In this document: positions 48,196 through 59,368 of the stretch, in pieces
How the letters are laid out: every line of letters starts with the position of its first letter
Numbering within the stretch: position 1 is the stretch's first letter
Assembly (NCBI RefSeq): GCF_963921235.1
Contig: NC_086107.1
Location: 99,510,001-99,574,000 of the forward strand
DNA: 64,000 nt
Reading direction: 5' to 3'
DNA from: Mobula hypostoma
Lineage: Eukaryota
The notes under the pieces: generated by a model
Told to the model about the DNA's origin: nothing
What the model saw: only the letters and a program-made list of their open reading frames with translations
Databases searched by the model: none
Program-made: the position numbers and the translations under genes

Positions 48196-51100
48196 GTAAG
48201 TTTGGGAGAAGAGCAGTTCATCGCCTTTTTAAAGGCACACATCTTGAGTCTGGAAATATTTTGTCCATATTGAAAACAGTATTTTATCTAGGTTAGCACT
48301 AATAAGGATTAACCATTTCTCTAGAATATCACTTTGATTAGTTTGGGAGTTTTGTGGAAATGTTTTACTGTGGTGTCTTCGAGATTTTCCAGAATTATTT
48401 TTAATTTGCAACTGATCTGTTGTGTTTTCTTTAATCACAACTGAAAATACTGCTGCATTTTAATCATAAAAATGAATAAAATAGCTCCAGTTTTAAATCA
48501 AGTGGCCTTAATTGCTTCAATCTTGTAACTTAGCAATAGACTTTTCTGCAGTTAATAATCCTGATGTCGTAGGCTACAAGATCATTTATTGTACAACAAA
48601 ACTGTTACCTAAGTAGCTAAGAGGATGTTATACACCCAAATTTCATTGAAGGAAGAGTACATAGAATTGTTACGTACAATAGTTTGTACATGACTATCAA
48701 ACAAGGCTTGACATCGGGCAATTGGGTACATCTGTTGTATTGTAAGGTTATTGGGTATATTTGTTTGGTGGGATGACTAAAACCATATTTACCCCTGTGT
48801 TGTCCCTGGACTCTGCCATTTGCCCGTTGTGTAAAATATTCTACATACAAATCCTTGTTTATGGTTAATTCAATTGTGCATTTCTGGACTAAACAATGAA
48901 ATGCGATCAAAACTGGAAATGTGATTTTTTTTTTGTTTGCTTATTGCCCATTACTTTGAAATGGCTTCTTAATTTGTCTTAAGTTGAATTTAGATTTGAG
49001 TTGGCTTATGTAGCATTGTGTAGCTATTTGATTTCACAGTTTAATTCAGTGTTTGAAAATGAAAATACTGTAAACATAGGAAAGACCAATTTTAATACAG
49101 TTCTGAGGTGTAGTAATTTTAAATTTTATGGGATAGTTAAGAGTCCAGTCAACAATATGATAATGGCCAAGCTATGGAAAAGATGACACTACATTTTGCT
49201 GTGCCTGTTTCGTACATATGCACAGCCATCCAACAGTATCAACTCACATTGTGTGTATGCTATTCCACCAAACCTGAATTGTCACCAAAAGACATTTAAA
49301 AGCACTTTCTTCTCATGGGCTTTTCTTGAGAAAAGTTAGTATTTTCATGAGCTATTGAATGATATTTTCAGATATTTAAATACTGTCAAAATCAGATGAT
49401 TTGATCCTCTGGGTCTGTAATTCTTTCGCAAATAGCAAATATACCCAATAACTTTCTGTTCACTAAATAGAACGTTAAAATGCTCCTCAAACCCTGGTTT
49501 TAATTTAAATGAATCTAACTATATAATTGGAACTGAGCTTCACTGATGAAAATCTCTTCTGAAGAGAGACTTATTTAAAATATAGCCTGAGCTTAAGGGT
49601 TAATTTGTAACTGTATAAATTTCAAAGATGTAATTTAGAATTTAATACATCTTGAACCTGGGTTTCCAAATAATTGGTATAAAATACACTTTCTATTCTG
49701 CAAATAGATTATGGATGTGCTCAAAGTTTAAACCCGATTGTTGTACCAGTCATTATTGCTTAGTGTTTCCAAAAATTAGAATTGTCCATGCAAAATTGTA
49801 ACAAATGACCTATTAATTAAGCTGTAAGATATTCATTATTGGGAATTCAAATTTTTACTTTTACCAATATTAATGTCAAGGCTTGTTTTGAAAACGTATC
49901 AAACTAATGCATATGGCATTCTATGTATGATCTTACAAGCAATAGGATTGAATGAAAGATTTAAGCTGAAGCCACCAGCAGTTGAGGCCCGTCCGGTTTG
50001 TTTCCAAACCCAAGACTTTACTGTATTCCTCCACCATTCTGTTTTTCCTATTCTAGTTTAAATCACTCCTTAGGGAAAGGATAATATCTACCTCTTCTTG
50101 CATTTTCTTTTGAACTTGTGTGATTTCAATTTTGAAAAGTTTAATAGCAACTGCTTTGATTAGAACGTATATCAGAAGTTTATTTTTATTAATGCCCATG
50201 AGTTGTCTCCAGCGTATGAGAAATGATCTTTCTCACAGTTGTGCAGTGCTAAAAAAAAACCTACATTTTAATTTGGAATGGCCTTCAGGGAAGTGAACTG
50301 TTAATCAACCAAGTATTTACAGGTGGTACTTTGCATACATTGTTTAAAACCAAAAAGCAGGTACTTTAGTTTCATTTTTACTTGATGTGTGATTAGTGCA
50401 AGTCCCTTCTTGCAGGTGTGTAATACTGAACGCTCTCCCCTTTTTAACTTCCCAACATCCAGGGTATAAAACACTGTGCAGCTGAGTCACTAATAATGGA
50501 AGAGATGGAGGCTGGTGTCCTCGCAGTGTGTATTCTCATTTTGCAAGCTTTTCAATTTACTTATTCTTAATCCCTTTTTTGTTCTAAAAGAAAAAAACAA
50601 GGATTGTCTGCAGTTGATTTCAAATGACTATTGTACTGGACTGAAAGAATTCCATAAGGTATCATGTCTTGGAAAATAACAATGTACAGAATATTGGGAA
50701 GTGGAATGGGGAGTTAATGAAGGCCATGTAGTTCAGACAAAATCAACTATGCAGTTTATGGTTTATTAATGTAAATTATGGAAAAGGTATTTTTAATGTT
50801 TTTTTGTACGCTGAGAAGTTTATATCCATTAAACAATGCTTTACTCTCACAGGAGTTCACCTGGCATGCGGTCTAAGTTTGGACCACTGCAACACAGGAT
50901 CTGTAGGGTAGGGTGATGCAACTACCAAAATTATATTTGTGAAATTTGCATATTGTTTGGCGTGTGATCTTAATGGAGCTTATGTTATTTCCCATGTGCT
51001 TTTTTTTTCGTAACAGCATCCTAAATTTTGCCACTTGCACAAATGGGTTTAGAATTAACAAGTTAACTGCTTCGAGTAGTTTAGACAAGTGAACGCATTG

Positions 51101-51272
51101 CACTTCTGTGATATAACTGAGGTTATAAAGTACTGGGCGGTGATTTATAATGTATTTATAACTCGTCTTCTCAGTGGTGTTTTCATCTTTTTTTTAATTT
51201 TTTTTTTAGTTTTATGTGATTTCAATGTGTTTTTCTCCTGTCCGTTATCGCTCTCATATGTAATGGCTCCAG

Positions 51273-51344
51273 TGCAGCTAGATGAAAGAAGTGCGTGGGC
51301 AGGTGTATAAAGTGGGTTCGAATCAGGTCAGTATGGAGAATACT
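51273..51344 (+). other. LUC7L2: LUC7L2 intron-1 candidate cassette exon C, 54/72 nt, in-frame stop
   Basis: Long U/pyrimidine tract, ctccag| acceptor; donors CAG|gtcagt (51327) and ACT|gtaagt (51345); TAA at 51308-51310 in the exon-1 frame. Confidence 0.5.
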
Positions 51345-52890
51345 GTAAGTGACCTCCTCTGAATACCCTTACTTAAATTGGAATCCTAATTTTAATTTGG
51401 TTTTTTTGGCATGATCGCTGTCTAAAATGGAATTCAGTCAGTCATTTAAATTGCTTCAAGTGGTAGTGCATCTTCTTTGAATCTTTTAGGAGCCTCATTC
51501 GGATGAAACATTTCCCTTTGTTTCTCTTAAGGTAGGACAAGGAGTTCAGACTTCTTTTGAATGAATTTGTTGATATGGACCTCTTTGCCTGTTCTGGTAA
51601 CTTTGAAATGAAAATGTAGTCCAATGTTATACACACTGCACTCTAAGCATGCACAGTCCAGATAGACTGGCAATTTTGTTGGTGGGCTTTGTTCCCTGAA
51701 ATTTAGTTATCATAAAGTTAATTTTCCTTCAGGTTTTATTTCCAAGACATGGTACTTGCCTGGAACCTTCTTCACTAAAGACTGATAGATGACCTCTTAA
51801 AATGCAAGTTGCCCTAAACAAACATGAAATCATCTGTGTGATTTTTTTTTACCGACAGTAAAATGTACTTGTCTGTAAAAGTATGTTTCCAATGGCTGCC
51901 TTGTCCCGTAAGTCAGACTCTAAATGAATTGCCAGTAGAAGGCTACTGTATTTACCTTGTATCTTGTAAACCATTGAAATCCAAACCAGATGTTGCTCTT
52001 AGCCCATATGAAGAGGGAAAATTCTTCAGCTGATTTTTAATGAGTCCTCACTACTGCTAATTTTGATGGTGTACGCAGAGCAAAGTTCACTTTTTGGGAT
52101 GGTAATATATTTGAGAATAATAGTCTCTGGAATATTGTGGGTTCTATAATCATAAATTTTCCTTGTATGCCATTGTACTGCCGATAACAGCAGCAATTTA
52201 AGTGTATATACATGAGCTGGTTATCGGAAGGTACTTGAGAAAACAGCGATTAACCCCTGAAGCTTATTGTTTCAAAAGTAATCCCAATCTGTAATATTTT
52301 CAAACATAGAATTTTATTTAAAACAATTCTAATACTTCATCAAATTTATTGCTCTTGTGTAACTCTATAAAAATTATCTTGCTTTCATTGAGTCCTGTAG
52401 TAATGAATAACTTAATATCAGGCAGCCAATAGATAGACAAAAAGAAACTATCTTGATTTCCATAATTATCTGACGTGCTATGTCAAATAAACAATTGAGT
52501 AGCAAGAGGTTGGATCTAAATTGGTAAAGGAGCTTGAACCCCATATTCAAAATATAATGTTTTAATTAATATTTCAAGCCTTTGGTTCTAAGAACCTGTT
52601 TGTTGTAAAAATAACTGGAATTTCAATAGTTATGGGCTTGTAGTTTTACTGTAAATTTTCAGACTCAACTATTATAATTTTCTTTTTGGTAAGACCTTCA
52701 AACCATCAATGAGTTCTGCCATGGGCTCATTGTATGTATCTATTTTAAATTGTTCATTTAATTTGGGAAAGGTGCAAGATATTGGAAACATACTTTGTCA
52801 GAGGCTTAGAGATTAAAAATAACTTGTTTTGTCTTGTGATTTCTAGTTTCCTGTCTAACCTTGTCTTGCACTATGACCCGTGTATTACAG

Positions 52891-52985
52891 GAGATGCCAG
52901 TCGGCAGAGAATCAGATTTACAGATGATCGGGTCTGCAAGAGCCATCTCCTGAGCTGCTGCCCACATGACATTCTTTCTGGAACG
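52891..52985 (+). CDS. LUC7L2: LUC7-like 2, coding exon 2 (GDASRQRIRFTDDRVCKSHLLSCCPHDILSGT)
   Basis: ttacag|GA acceptor, ACG|gtaaac donor; 95 nt, phase-compatible with exon 1; start of zinc finger 1. Confidence 0.93.
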
Positions 52986-54130
52986 GTAAACTATTTTGTT
53001 AATTATATACACCTTTTTTTGGCGTTGAACATGATGAAATATTGGAAATAGTTTTGTGCCTTTTGTAATTTTAGATGTCTTTCATTCTTATTTTCATGAC
53101 ATTGGGATTGCTTTATAAAAAGACCACACTATAGTGAGATTAAGTTGGCTCAATAGAACCCTTCCATTTGATTCAATGTGAAATAAGCAAATTCATTCAT
53201 TCTGCTTTTTCAATCTACTTTACCTGAATTCACATTTGCTGCTGTCTTATATAAAGTAGTGGTGCAATACGTAGTTTTGAAATCACACGATTATATTTTA
53301 GTTTATACAATACACTAATGCTGTGCTAGTTGATGTGTTAATTTTGCATTCTAAGGTTACTCAATTTGTTTTAGTTCTTTGGGTTTCAGCTCATTTTTGG
53401 AATATATTCATGAAGCCATCACTATTGCCATTTTTTGTGTAAAACAACGAGACACGTTGCAAAGTTCAGTTAATGCACTGTACATAATATGAGCAAAACA
53501 AAGCAAATTTACTATGTCACAGTTTTATACGGCATGAAAATTTATAATGGAAAAGGGATTGTTTGTGTCCACTTAGTGCCTTTCCTATCCCCAGGAAGTG
53601 AAAAAAGTGCTTCATGTCACAGTTGCAAAGGAAGAAGTATACATGCAGCAAGTTTCACACACTAGTTTTGTAGTGAAGAGTTAGATTGATAGTCAAGAGC
53701 ACCTTTAGTCCACTAATCTGTAAAATGTGACATGGGATGATTTATGTTCTCTATAAAATTCAACGAGTGCTTCCTCAGTTCAGCTTTGGAGTGTCAGCCT
53801 AGAATTTTGTGCTCTCATTTCTGCAGTAGGATTAGAACCTTATTCAAAGCTAAGTATACTAGCCATTAAGCTATGGCTAAGCATGTTCAAATTCAGAATG
53901 TGTTATCCAAATGCTACTATGTCACTTTAATCAAAAACAAAAAGCCTGCAGATTGTAAAATTCTGGGAAAAAAATAGTAAATGCTTGGGCAGCATCAGAG
54001 GAGGCAAATAGAATTAATGTTTTTGATTGATGAACTTTAACCATAAAAAAAAGAATATTAGAAATCAAGTAACACACATCAAAGTTGCTGGTGAACGCAG
54101 CAGGCCAAGCAGCATCTGTAGGAAGAGGTG

Positions 54131-54172
54131 TAGTCGACGTTTCAGGCCGAGACCCTTCGTCAGGACTAACTG
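54131..54172 (-). ncRNA. Minimal type I hammerhead ribozyme (Penelope pLTR)
   Basis: Reverse complement of the intact motif, downstream of the RT-EN ORF. Confidence 0.8.
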
Positions 54173-54465
54173 AAGGAAGAGTGAGTAAGGGATTTGAAAG
54201 TTGGAGGGGGAGGGGGAGATCCAAAATGATAGGAGAAGACAGGAGGGGGAGGGATAGAGCCAAGAGCTGGACAGGTGATAGGCAAAAGGGGATACGAGAG
54301 GATCATGGGACAGGAGGTCCGGGAAGAAAGACAAGGAGGGGGGGGTGGACCCAGAGGATGGGCAAGAGGTATATTCAGAGGGACAGAGGGAGAAAAAGGA
54401 GAGTGAGAGAAAGAATGTGTGCATAAAAATGAGTAACAGATGGGGTACGAGGGGGAGGTGGAGCC

Positions 54466-56700
54466 TTAGCGGAAGTTAGAGAAGTCGATGTTAATGCCAT
54501 CAGGTTGGAGGCTACCCAGACGGAATATAAGGTGTTGTTCTTCCAACCTGAGTGTGGCTTCATCTTTACAGTAGAGGAGGCCGTGGATAGACATGTCAGA
54601 ATGGGAATGGGATGTGGAATTAAAATGTGTGGCCACTGGGAGATCCTGCTTTCTCTGGCGGACAGAGCGTAGATGTTCAGCAAAGCGGTCTCCCAGTCTG
54701 CGTCGGGTCTCGCCAACATATAAAAGGCCACATCGGGAGCACCGGACGCAGTATATCACCCCAGTCGACTCACAGGTAAAGTGTTGCCTCACCTGGAAGG
54801 ACTGTTTGGGGCCCTGAATGGTGGTAAGGGAGGAAGTGTAAGGGCATGTGTAGCACTTGTTCCGCTTACACGGATAAGTGCCAGGAGGGAGATCAGTGGG
54901 GAGGGATGGGGGGGACGAATGGACAAGGGAGTTGTGTAGGGAGCGATCCCTGCAGAATGCAGAGAGAAGGGGGGAGGGAAAGATGTGCTTAGTGGTGGGA
55001 TCCCCTTGGAGGTGGCGGAAGTTACGGAGAATAATATGTTGGACCCGGAGGCTGGTGGGGTGGTAGGTGAGGACCAGGGAAACCCTATTCCTAGTGGGGT
55101 GGCGGGAGGATGGAGTGAGAGCAGATGTACGTGAAATGGGGGAGATGCGTTTAAGAGCAGAGTTGATAGTGGAGGAAGGGAAGCCCCTTTCTTTAAAAAA
55201 GGAAGACATCTCCCTCGTCCTAGAATGAAAAGCCTCATCCTGAGAGCAGATGCGGTGGAGACGGAGGAATTGCGAGAAGGGGATGGCGTTTTTGCAAGAG
55301 ACAGGGTGAGAAGAGGAATAGTCCAGATAGCTGTGAGAGTCAGTAGGCTTATAGTAGACATCAGTGGATAAGCTGTCTCCAGAGACGGAGACAGAAAGAT
55401 CTAGAAAGGGGAGAGAGGTGTCAGAAATGGACCAGGTAAACTTGAGGGCAGGGTGAAAGTTGGAGGCAAAGTTAATAAAGTCAACGAGTTCTGCATGCGT
55501 GCAGGAAGCAGCGCCAATGCAGTCGTCGATGTAGCGAAGGAAAAGTCGGGGACAGATACCAGAATAGGCACGGAACATAGATTGTTCCACAAACCCAACA
55601 AAAAGGCAGGCATAGCTAGGACCCATACGGGTGCCCATAGCTACACCTTTAGTTTGGAGGAAGTGGGAGGAGCCAAAGGAGAAATTATTAAGAGTAAGGA
55701 TTAATTCCGCTAGATGGAGCAGAGTGGTGGTAGAGGGAAACTGATTAGGTCTGGAATCCAAAAAGAAGCGTAGAGCTTTGAGACCTTCCTGATGGGGGAT
55801 GGAAGTATATAAGGACTGGACATCCATGGTGAAAATAAAGCGGTGGGAGCCAGGGAACTTAAAATCATCGAAAAGTATAAGAGCGTGAGAAGTGTCACGA
55901 ACATTGGTCGGAAGGGATTGAACAAGGGGTGATAAAACAGTGTCAAGGTATGCAGAAGTGAGTTCGGTGGGGCAGGAGCAAGCTGAGACAATAGGTCGGC
56001 CAGGACAGGCAGGTTTGTGGATCTTGGGTAGGAGGTAGAAACGGGAAGTGCGGGGTGTGGGAACTATAAGGTTGGTAGCAGTGGATGGGAGATCCCCTGA
56101 GCGGATAAAGTCGGTGATGCTGTGGGAGACAATGGCCTGGTGCTCCTTAGTGGGGTCACGATCGAGGGGTAAATAAGAGGAGGTATCCGCGAGTTGTCGC
56201 TGTGCCTCGGCAAGGTAGAGGTCAGTACGCCAGACTACAACAGCACCCCCCTTATCGGCGGGTTTAATAATAAGGTTAGGATTAGTGCGGAGGGAGTGGA
56301 GAGCAGAGCGTTCCGAAGGAGTGAGGTTGGAATGGGAACAAGGTGCGGTGAAGTCGAGACGGTTGATGTCCCGTCGGCAGTTAGCAATAAAGAGATCCAG
56401 AGCAGGCAGAAGACCAGAGCGGGGTGTCCATGAAAAAGAGGAGGGTTGAAGACAGGAGAAGGGGTCATCGGTGGGGGTGGAAGAGTCCTTGCCGAAGAAG
56501 TAGGCTCGGAGACGGAAACGGCGGAAGAAGAGTTCCGCATCATGGCGAACACGGAACTCACTGAGGTGTGGGCGAAGGGGGACAAAGGTGAGACCGTTAC
56601 TGAGAACAGAGCGTTCTGCCTCCGACAGTTGAAGGTCCGAAGGGATGGTAAAGACCCGGCACGGATGAGAGCTGGGATCAGAGGGGGGAGGGGGGAGGCT
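54466..56700 (-). CDS. Penelope-like reverse transcriptase + Cys linker + GIY-YIG endonuclease (5'-truncated ORF)
   Basis: ORF 54466..56727: KPADKG, LPKIHK..GRPIVS, DVQSLYTSIP, GVAMG, RYIDD, LPFLD, YKPT; CKRNKCYTC linker; GVIY...YVGETRRRLGDRFAEH; the first ~9 codons of the ORF-track protein come from flanking DNA. Confidence 0.9.
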   Translation of the reverse strand, partial: SLPPPPSDPSSHPCRVFTIPSDLQLSEAERSVLSNGLTFVPLRPHLSEFRVRHDAELFFRRFRLRAYFFGKDSSTPTDDPFSCLQPSSFSWTPRSGLLPALDLFIANCRRDINRLDFTAPCSHSNLTPSERSALHSLRTNPNLIIKPADKGGAVVVWRTDLYLAEAQRQLADTSSYLPLDRDPTKEHQAIVSHSITDFIRSGDLPSTATNLIVPTPRTSRFYLLPKIHKPACPGRPIVSACSCPTELTSAYLDTVLSPLVQSLPTNVRDTSHALILFDDFKFPGSHRFIFTMDVQSLYTSIPHQEGLKALRFFLDSRPNQFPSTTTLLHLAELILTLNNFSFGSSHFLQTKGVAMGTRMGPSYACLFVGFVEQSMFRAYSGICPRLFLRYIDDCIGAASCTHAELVDFINFASNFHPALKFTWSISDTSLPFLDLSVSVSGDSLSTDVYYKPTDSHSYLDYSSSHPVSCKNAIPFSQFLRLHRICSQDEAFHSRTREMSSFFKERGFPSSTINSALKRISPISRTSALTPSSRHPTRNRVSLVLTYHPTSLRVQHIILRNFRHLQGDPTTKHIFPSPLLSAFCRDRSLHNSLVHSSPPSLPTDLPPGTYPCKRNKCYTCPYTSSLTTIQGPKQSFQVRQHFTCESTGVIYCVRCSRCGLLYVGETRRRLGDRFAEHLRSVRQRKQDLPVATHFNSTSHSHSDMSIHGLLYCKDEATLRLEEQHLIFRLGSLQPDGINIDFSNFR

Positions 56701-56799
56701 TTGCAAATTAGACTGCAAGAAATGCATGACATCTATAAGAAGTTAATATTTCAGTTTGGGTACCCCTGTTATTTGCAACTGATCTGTCTGAAGGACCTT

Positions 56800-57860
56800 T
56801 TAAGTAGGAGATGAATCAGGAAAAAAGATGTTGTTAAGGTGAAATAGAAAAAGCACTGCAGTTGCTAGAAATCTAATTAAAAGACCGTACTGGAATTGGT
56901 TGTCTCTGATGTAAAATGCATAAGCAATTTCTGAAATTGTTGAATTCATTTGAGGGCTATAACATGCCTGGTGAGGCGATGAGAGCTTACATTGGGTATT
57001 ATTGGAACATTGTTTGAAGGAAGTCCAAATTGGTATGACTTTAAGAAATAAAGTAACAAGCAGCTGGAGGCTAAGAATCAGGAGATACAGTGCCTGTACT
57101 TTTGGCTCTACGAACCCAAGTACTCCTTTCAGGTGAAGCAACAGTTCATTGTGCTTCCAATGTACTGTACCACTCGTGAAATGATTTCTTCTGCATTGGA
57201 GAAACTAAATGCAGATATGGTGATTGCTTTGCAGAGCACCTCCAGTCAACATACAAGGGCAGCCATGAGCTTTCAGTTACTTGTTGATTTAATTCTTTAT
57301 CACACTCCCATTTTGACTTCTGTCATTGGCCTCATATCATTCCAGGAAAGCCTAATGTGACTTTGAGAAACTGCACCTCATCTTCTGACTAGGCACGATA
57401 CAACCTTCAGAACACTGAACATTGAATTCAGTCGTTTCTGATGACTGATTTTTCCAGTTTGTATCAAAACTTGCCAGTCTGATGAAATGTTAACTGTAAT
57501 GCTGACTTTTTTCCCCCTACAGATGTTGTTCTTTCACAGATATATAGCAACTGAAGTTTTTTTTTAATTTCAGAATTCTAACAGTTTACTTTTTGTTCTT
57601 CCATCTCCCACGTTCAAGACCATTTCTTCCAGATTAGCTGTCATTGCCAAACTTTCAGCACCATCACCTGTTGTGTCATTCAGTTTTTTTGGTCTTCTTC
57701 CCATCCTCAATCTTTCACTTTCTCTGCAATTTAAAATATGTCCAAATTCCAGTTTTCCCTAGCTCCAATGAAGGGTTAGCGACTTGAAACATTTACACAT
57801 TGTCTCTCTCCACAGATGCTACTTAATCTTCTGAATATTTACAGCATTTTCTGTGTCTCA
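56800..57860 (+). mobile_element. Ancient degenerate Penelope-like element (GIY-YIG remnant + decayed pLTRs); its inverted arm is probably 53930-54060
   Basis: tcctttcaggtgaagcaacagttc... and tgcattggagaaactaaatgcaga... resemble decayed SFQV/YIGET coding sequence; decayed hammerhead-like motifs near 57480 and 57770. Confidence 0.55.
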
Positions 57861-58457
57861 TGGTAGCCCCTGGTGCTTTTAATTGTGAAGAGATTCTGTG
57901 CATACCAATATCAATTTTTGATGACTAAATAAAGTAACTGTTTTAATTTAGTGCTTATATTAAGCTTGTTTCCAGTAGAATGAACACAGCCATATAGCTG
58001 ATAATTAATTCAAAACTATGACAGAATAGTAAATGCAGTTCTGCTATTGGGTGAAAATTTTTCTTTTTCATTTAACAAAACTAAGATTCTGTTAACTAAA
58101 CAGAGTGAGACTGTGTTTAATTCTATTCACTTGGCAGCAGCAATGCGACATCCTTCAGACGTTTCATAAAAACTCCCCTCCCCCTCCACTCCCTCCCCCC
58201 ATTATTAATTTCTTACTACCTTGCTGTGCTTTGGAAGTTTCTCCATGTGAATCATTAAATCATTGGCTACCTTAAACATAGCTGTTAAGGATTCTTGTTG
58301 TTCAATGTATCCATCTGTCATTTTATAAACAGCATTTTCTTTGTCTCATGGTACTGTCTGGTGCTTTTCATTGTGAAGAATGGTTTGATATCTTGGTTTG
58401 CTTTTTCATACATTGCACTTAATATTATCCAATGTTTTTCTCCTCCATTTCCTACAG

Positions 58458-58556
58458 CGAATGGACCTCGGAGAGTGCACAAAGGTTCATGACCTTGCAT
58501 TAAGAGCAGACTATGAAATTGCCTCCAAATTGAAGGACCACTTTTTTGAAATGGAT
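58458..58556 (+). CDS. LUC7L2: LUC7-like 2, coding exon 3 (RMDLGECTKVHDLALRADYEIASKLKDHFFEMD)
   Basis: cctacag|CGA acceptor, GAT|gtaagt donor; 99 nt; completes ZnF1; later exons lie beyond the window. Confidence 0.93.
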
Positions 58557-58978
58557 GTAAGTCATCATGTGATTAACAATTACTAATTGGTGCAAACGTT
58601 AGGAACATTGTTTACTTCTATTTCGTAATGTGTTTCATTATTCCACGTGAAGATGAGAACTTTAAAGTGTTCTTAAAAATAGCTTAAACTTAAAAATAGC
58701 AGTTTTCACCTCCAATTGGGGTTTTAGTTGTGTGTACTTTGGTAGTTAGCTAAATGTTTTAAAAACAAAATTCGTTAAGTATTTGAAAATGATATATTGC
58801 ATGTAGCTATTTGTTTGGAATAGTTAGTGAAATGCAATAAACTGCGAGAATAACTGGAGTTTCTCAGTAACTGAAATTGCACAATTGTTCTTGAATTCAA
58901 CAGAAACTGGAATTGATTAACAGCCTTGTTGCAGGCATGCAGTACATTTAAACAGATAGTCCTTTCAAAATCCTAAAT

Positions 58979-59368
58979 ACAATGCCAATAAAAAATGTTC
59001 AACCTGGAAGTTTTCATGTTTTATTGTTTTACAGCATTGAATCACAGTGGATTTAATTTGGCTTTTTTGACACTGAACAACAGAAAAAAACTTTTGTGTC
59101 AAAGTGAAATCAGATCTCTACAAAATGATCTAAGTTAATTACAAATATAAAGCACAAAATAATTGCTTAAGTATTCACTATCTTTAAAATGACACATCAA
59201 ATCAGTATTTAGTACATCTACTAAATACTGACTTGAAGTAGGTGAATACTTATGCAGTCAATTATTTTATGTTTTATATTTGTAATTAACTTAGATCACT
59301 TTGTAGAGATCTATTTTCACTTTGAAACGAAAGAGTTTTTTTCTATTGATTAAGTGTCAAAAATAGCC
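58979..59368. mobile_element. Tc1-like MITE (long inverted repeats)
   Basis: ~120 bp imperfect inverted repeat (agatctctacaaaatgatctaagttaattacaaatataa / ttatatttgtaattaacttagatcactttgtagagatct). Confidence 0.65.

Larger units (their letters stand above)
54070..56700 (-). mobile_element. Penelope-like retroelement (Neptune type), young, 5'-truncated, with pseudo-LTR
   Basis: Uninterrupted RT + GIY-YIG ORF followed by a pyrimidine-rich pLTR and a hammerhead; near-identical to the copies at 11.8 kb and 24-26 kb. Confidence 0.93.
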
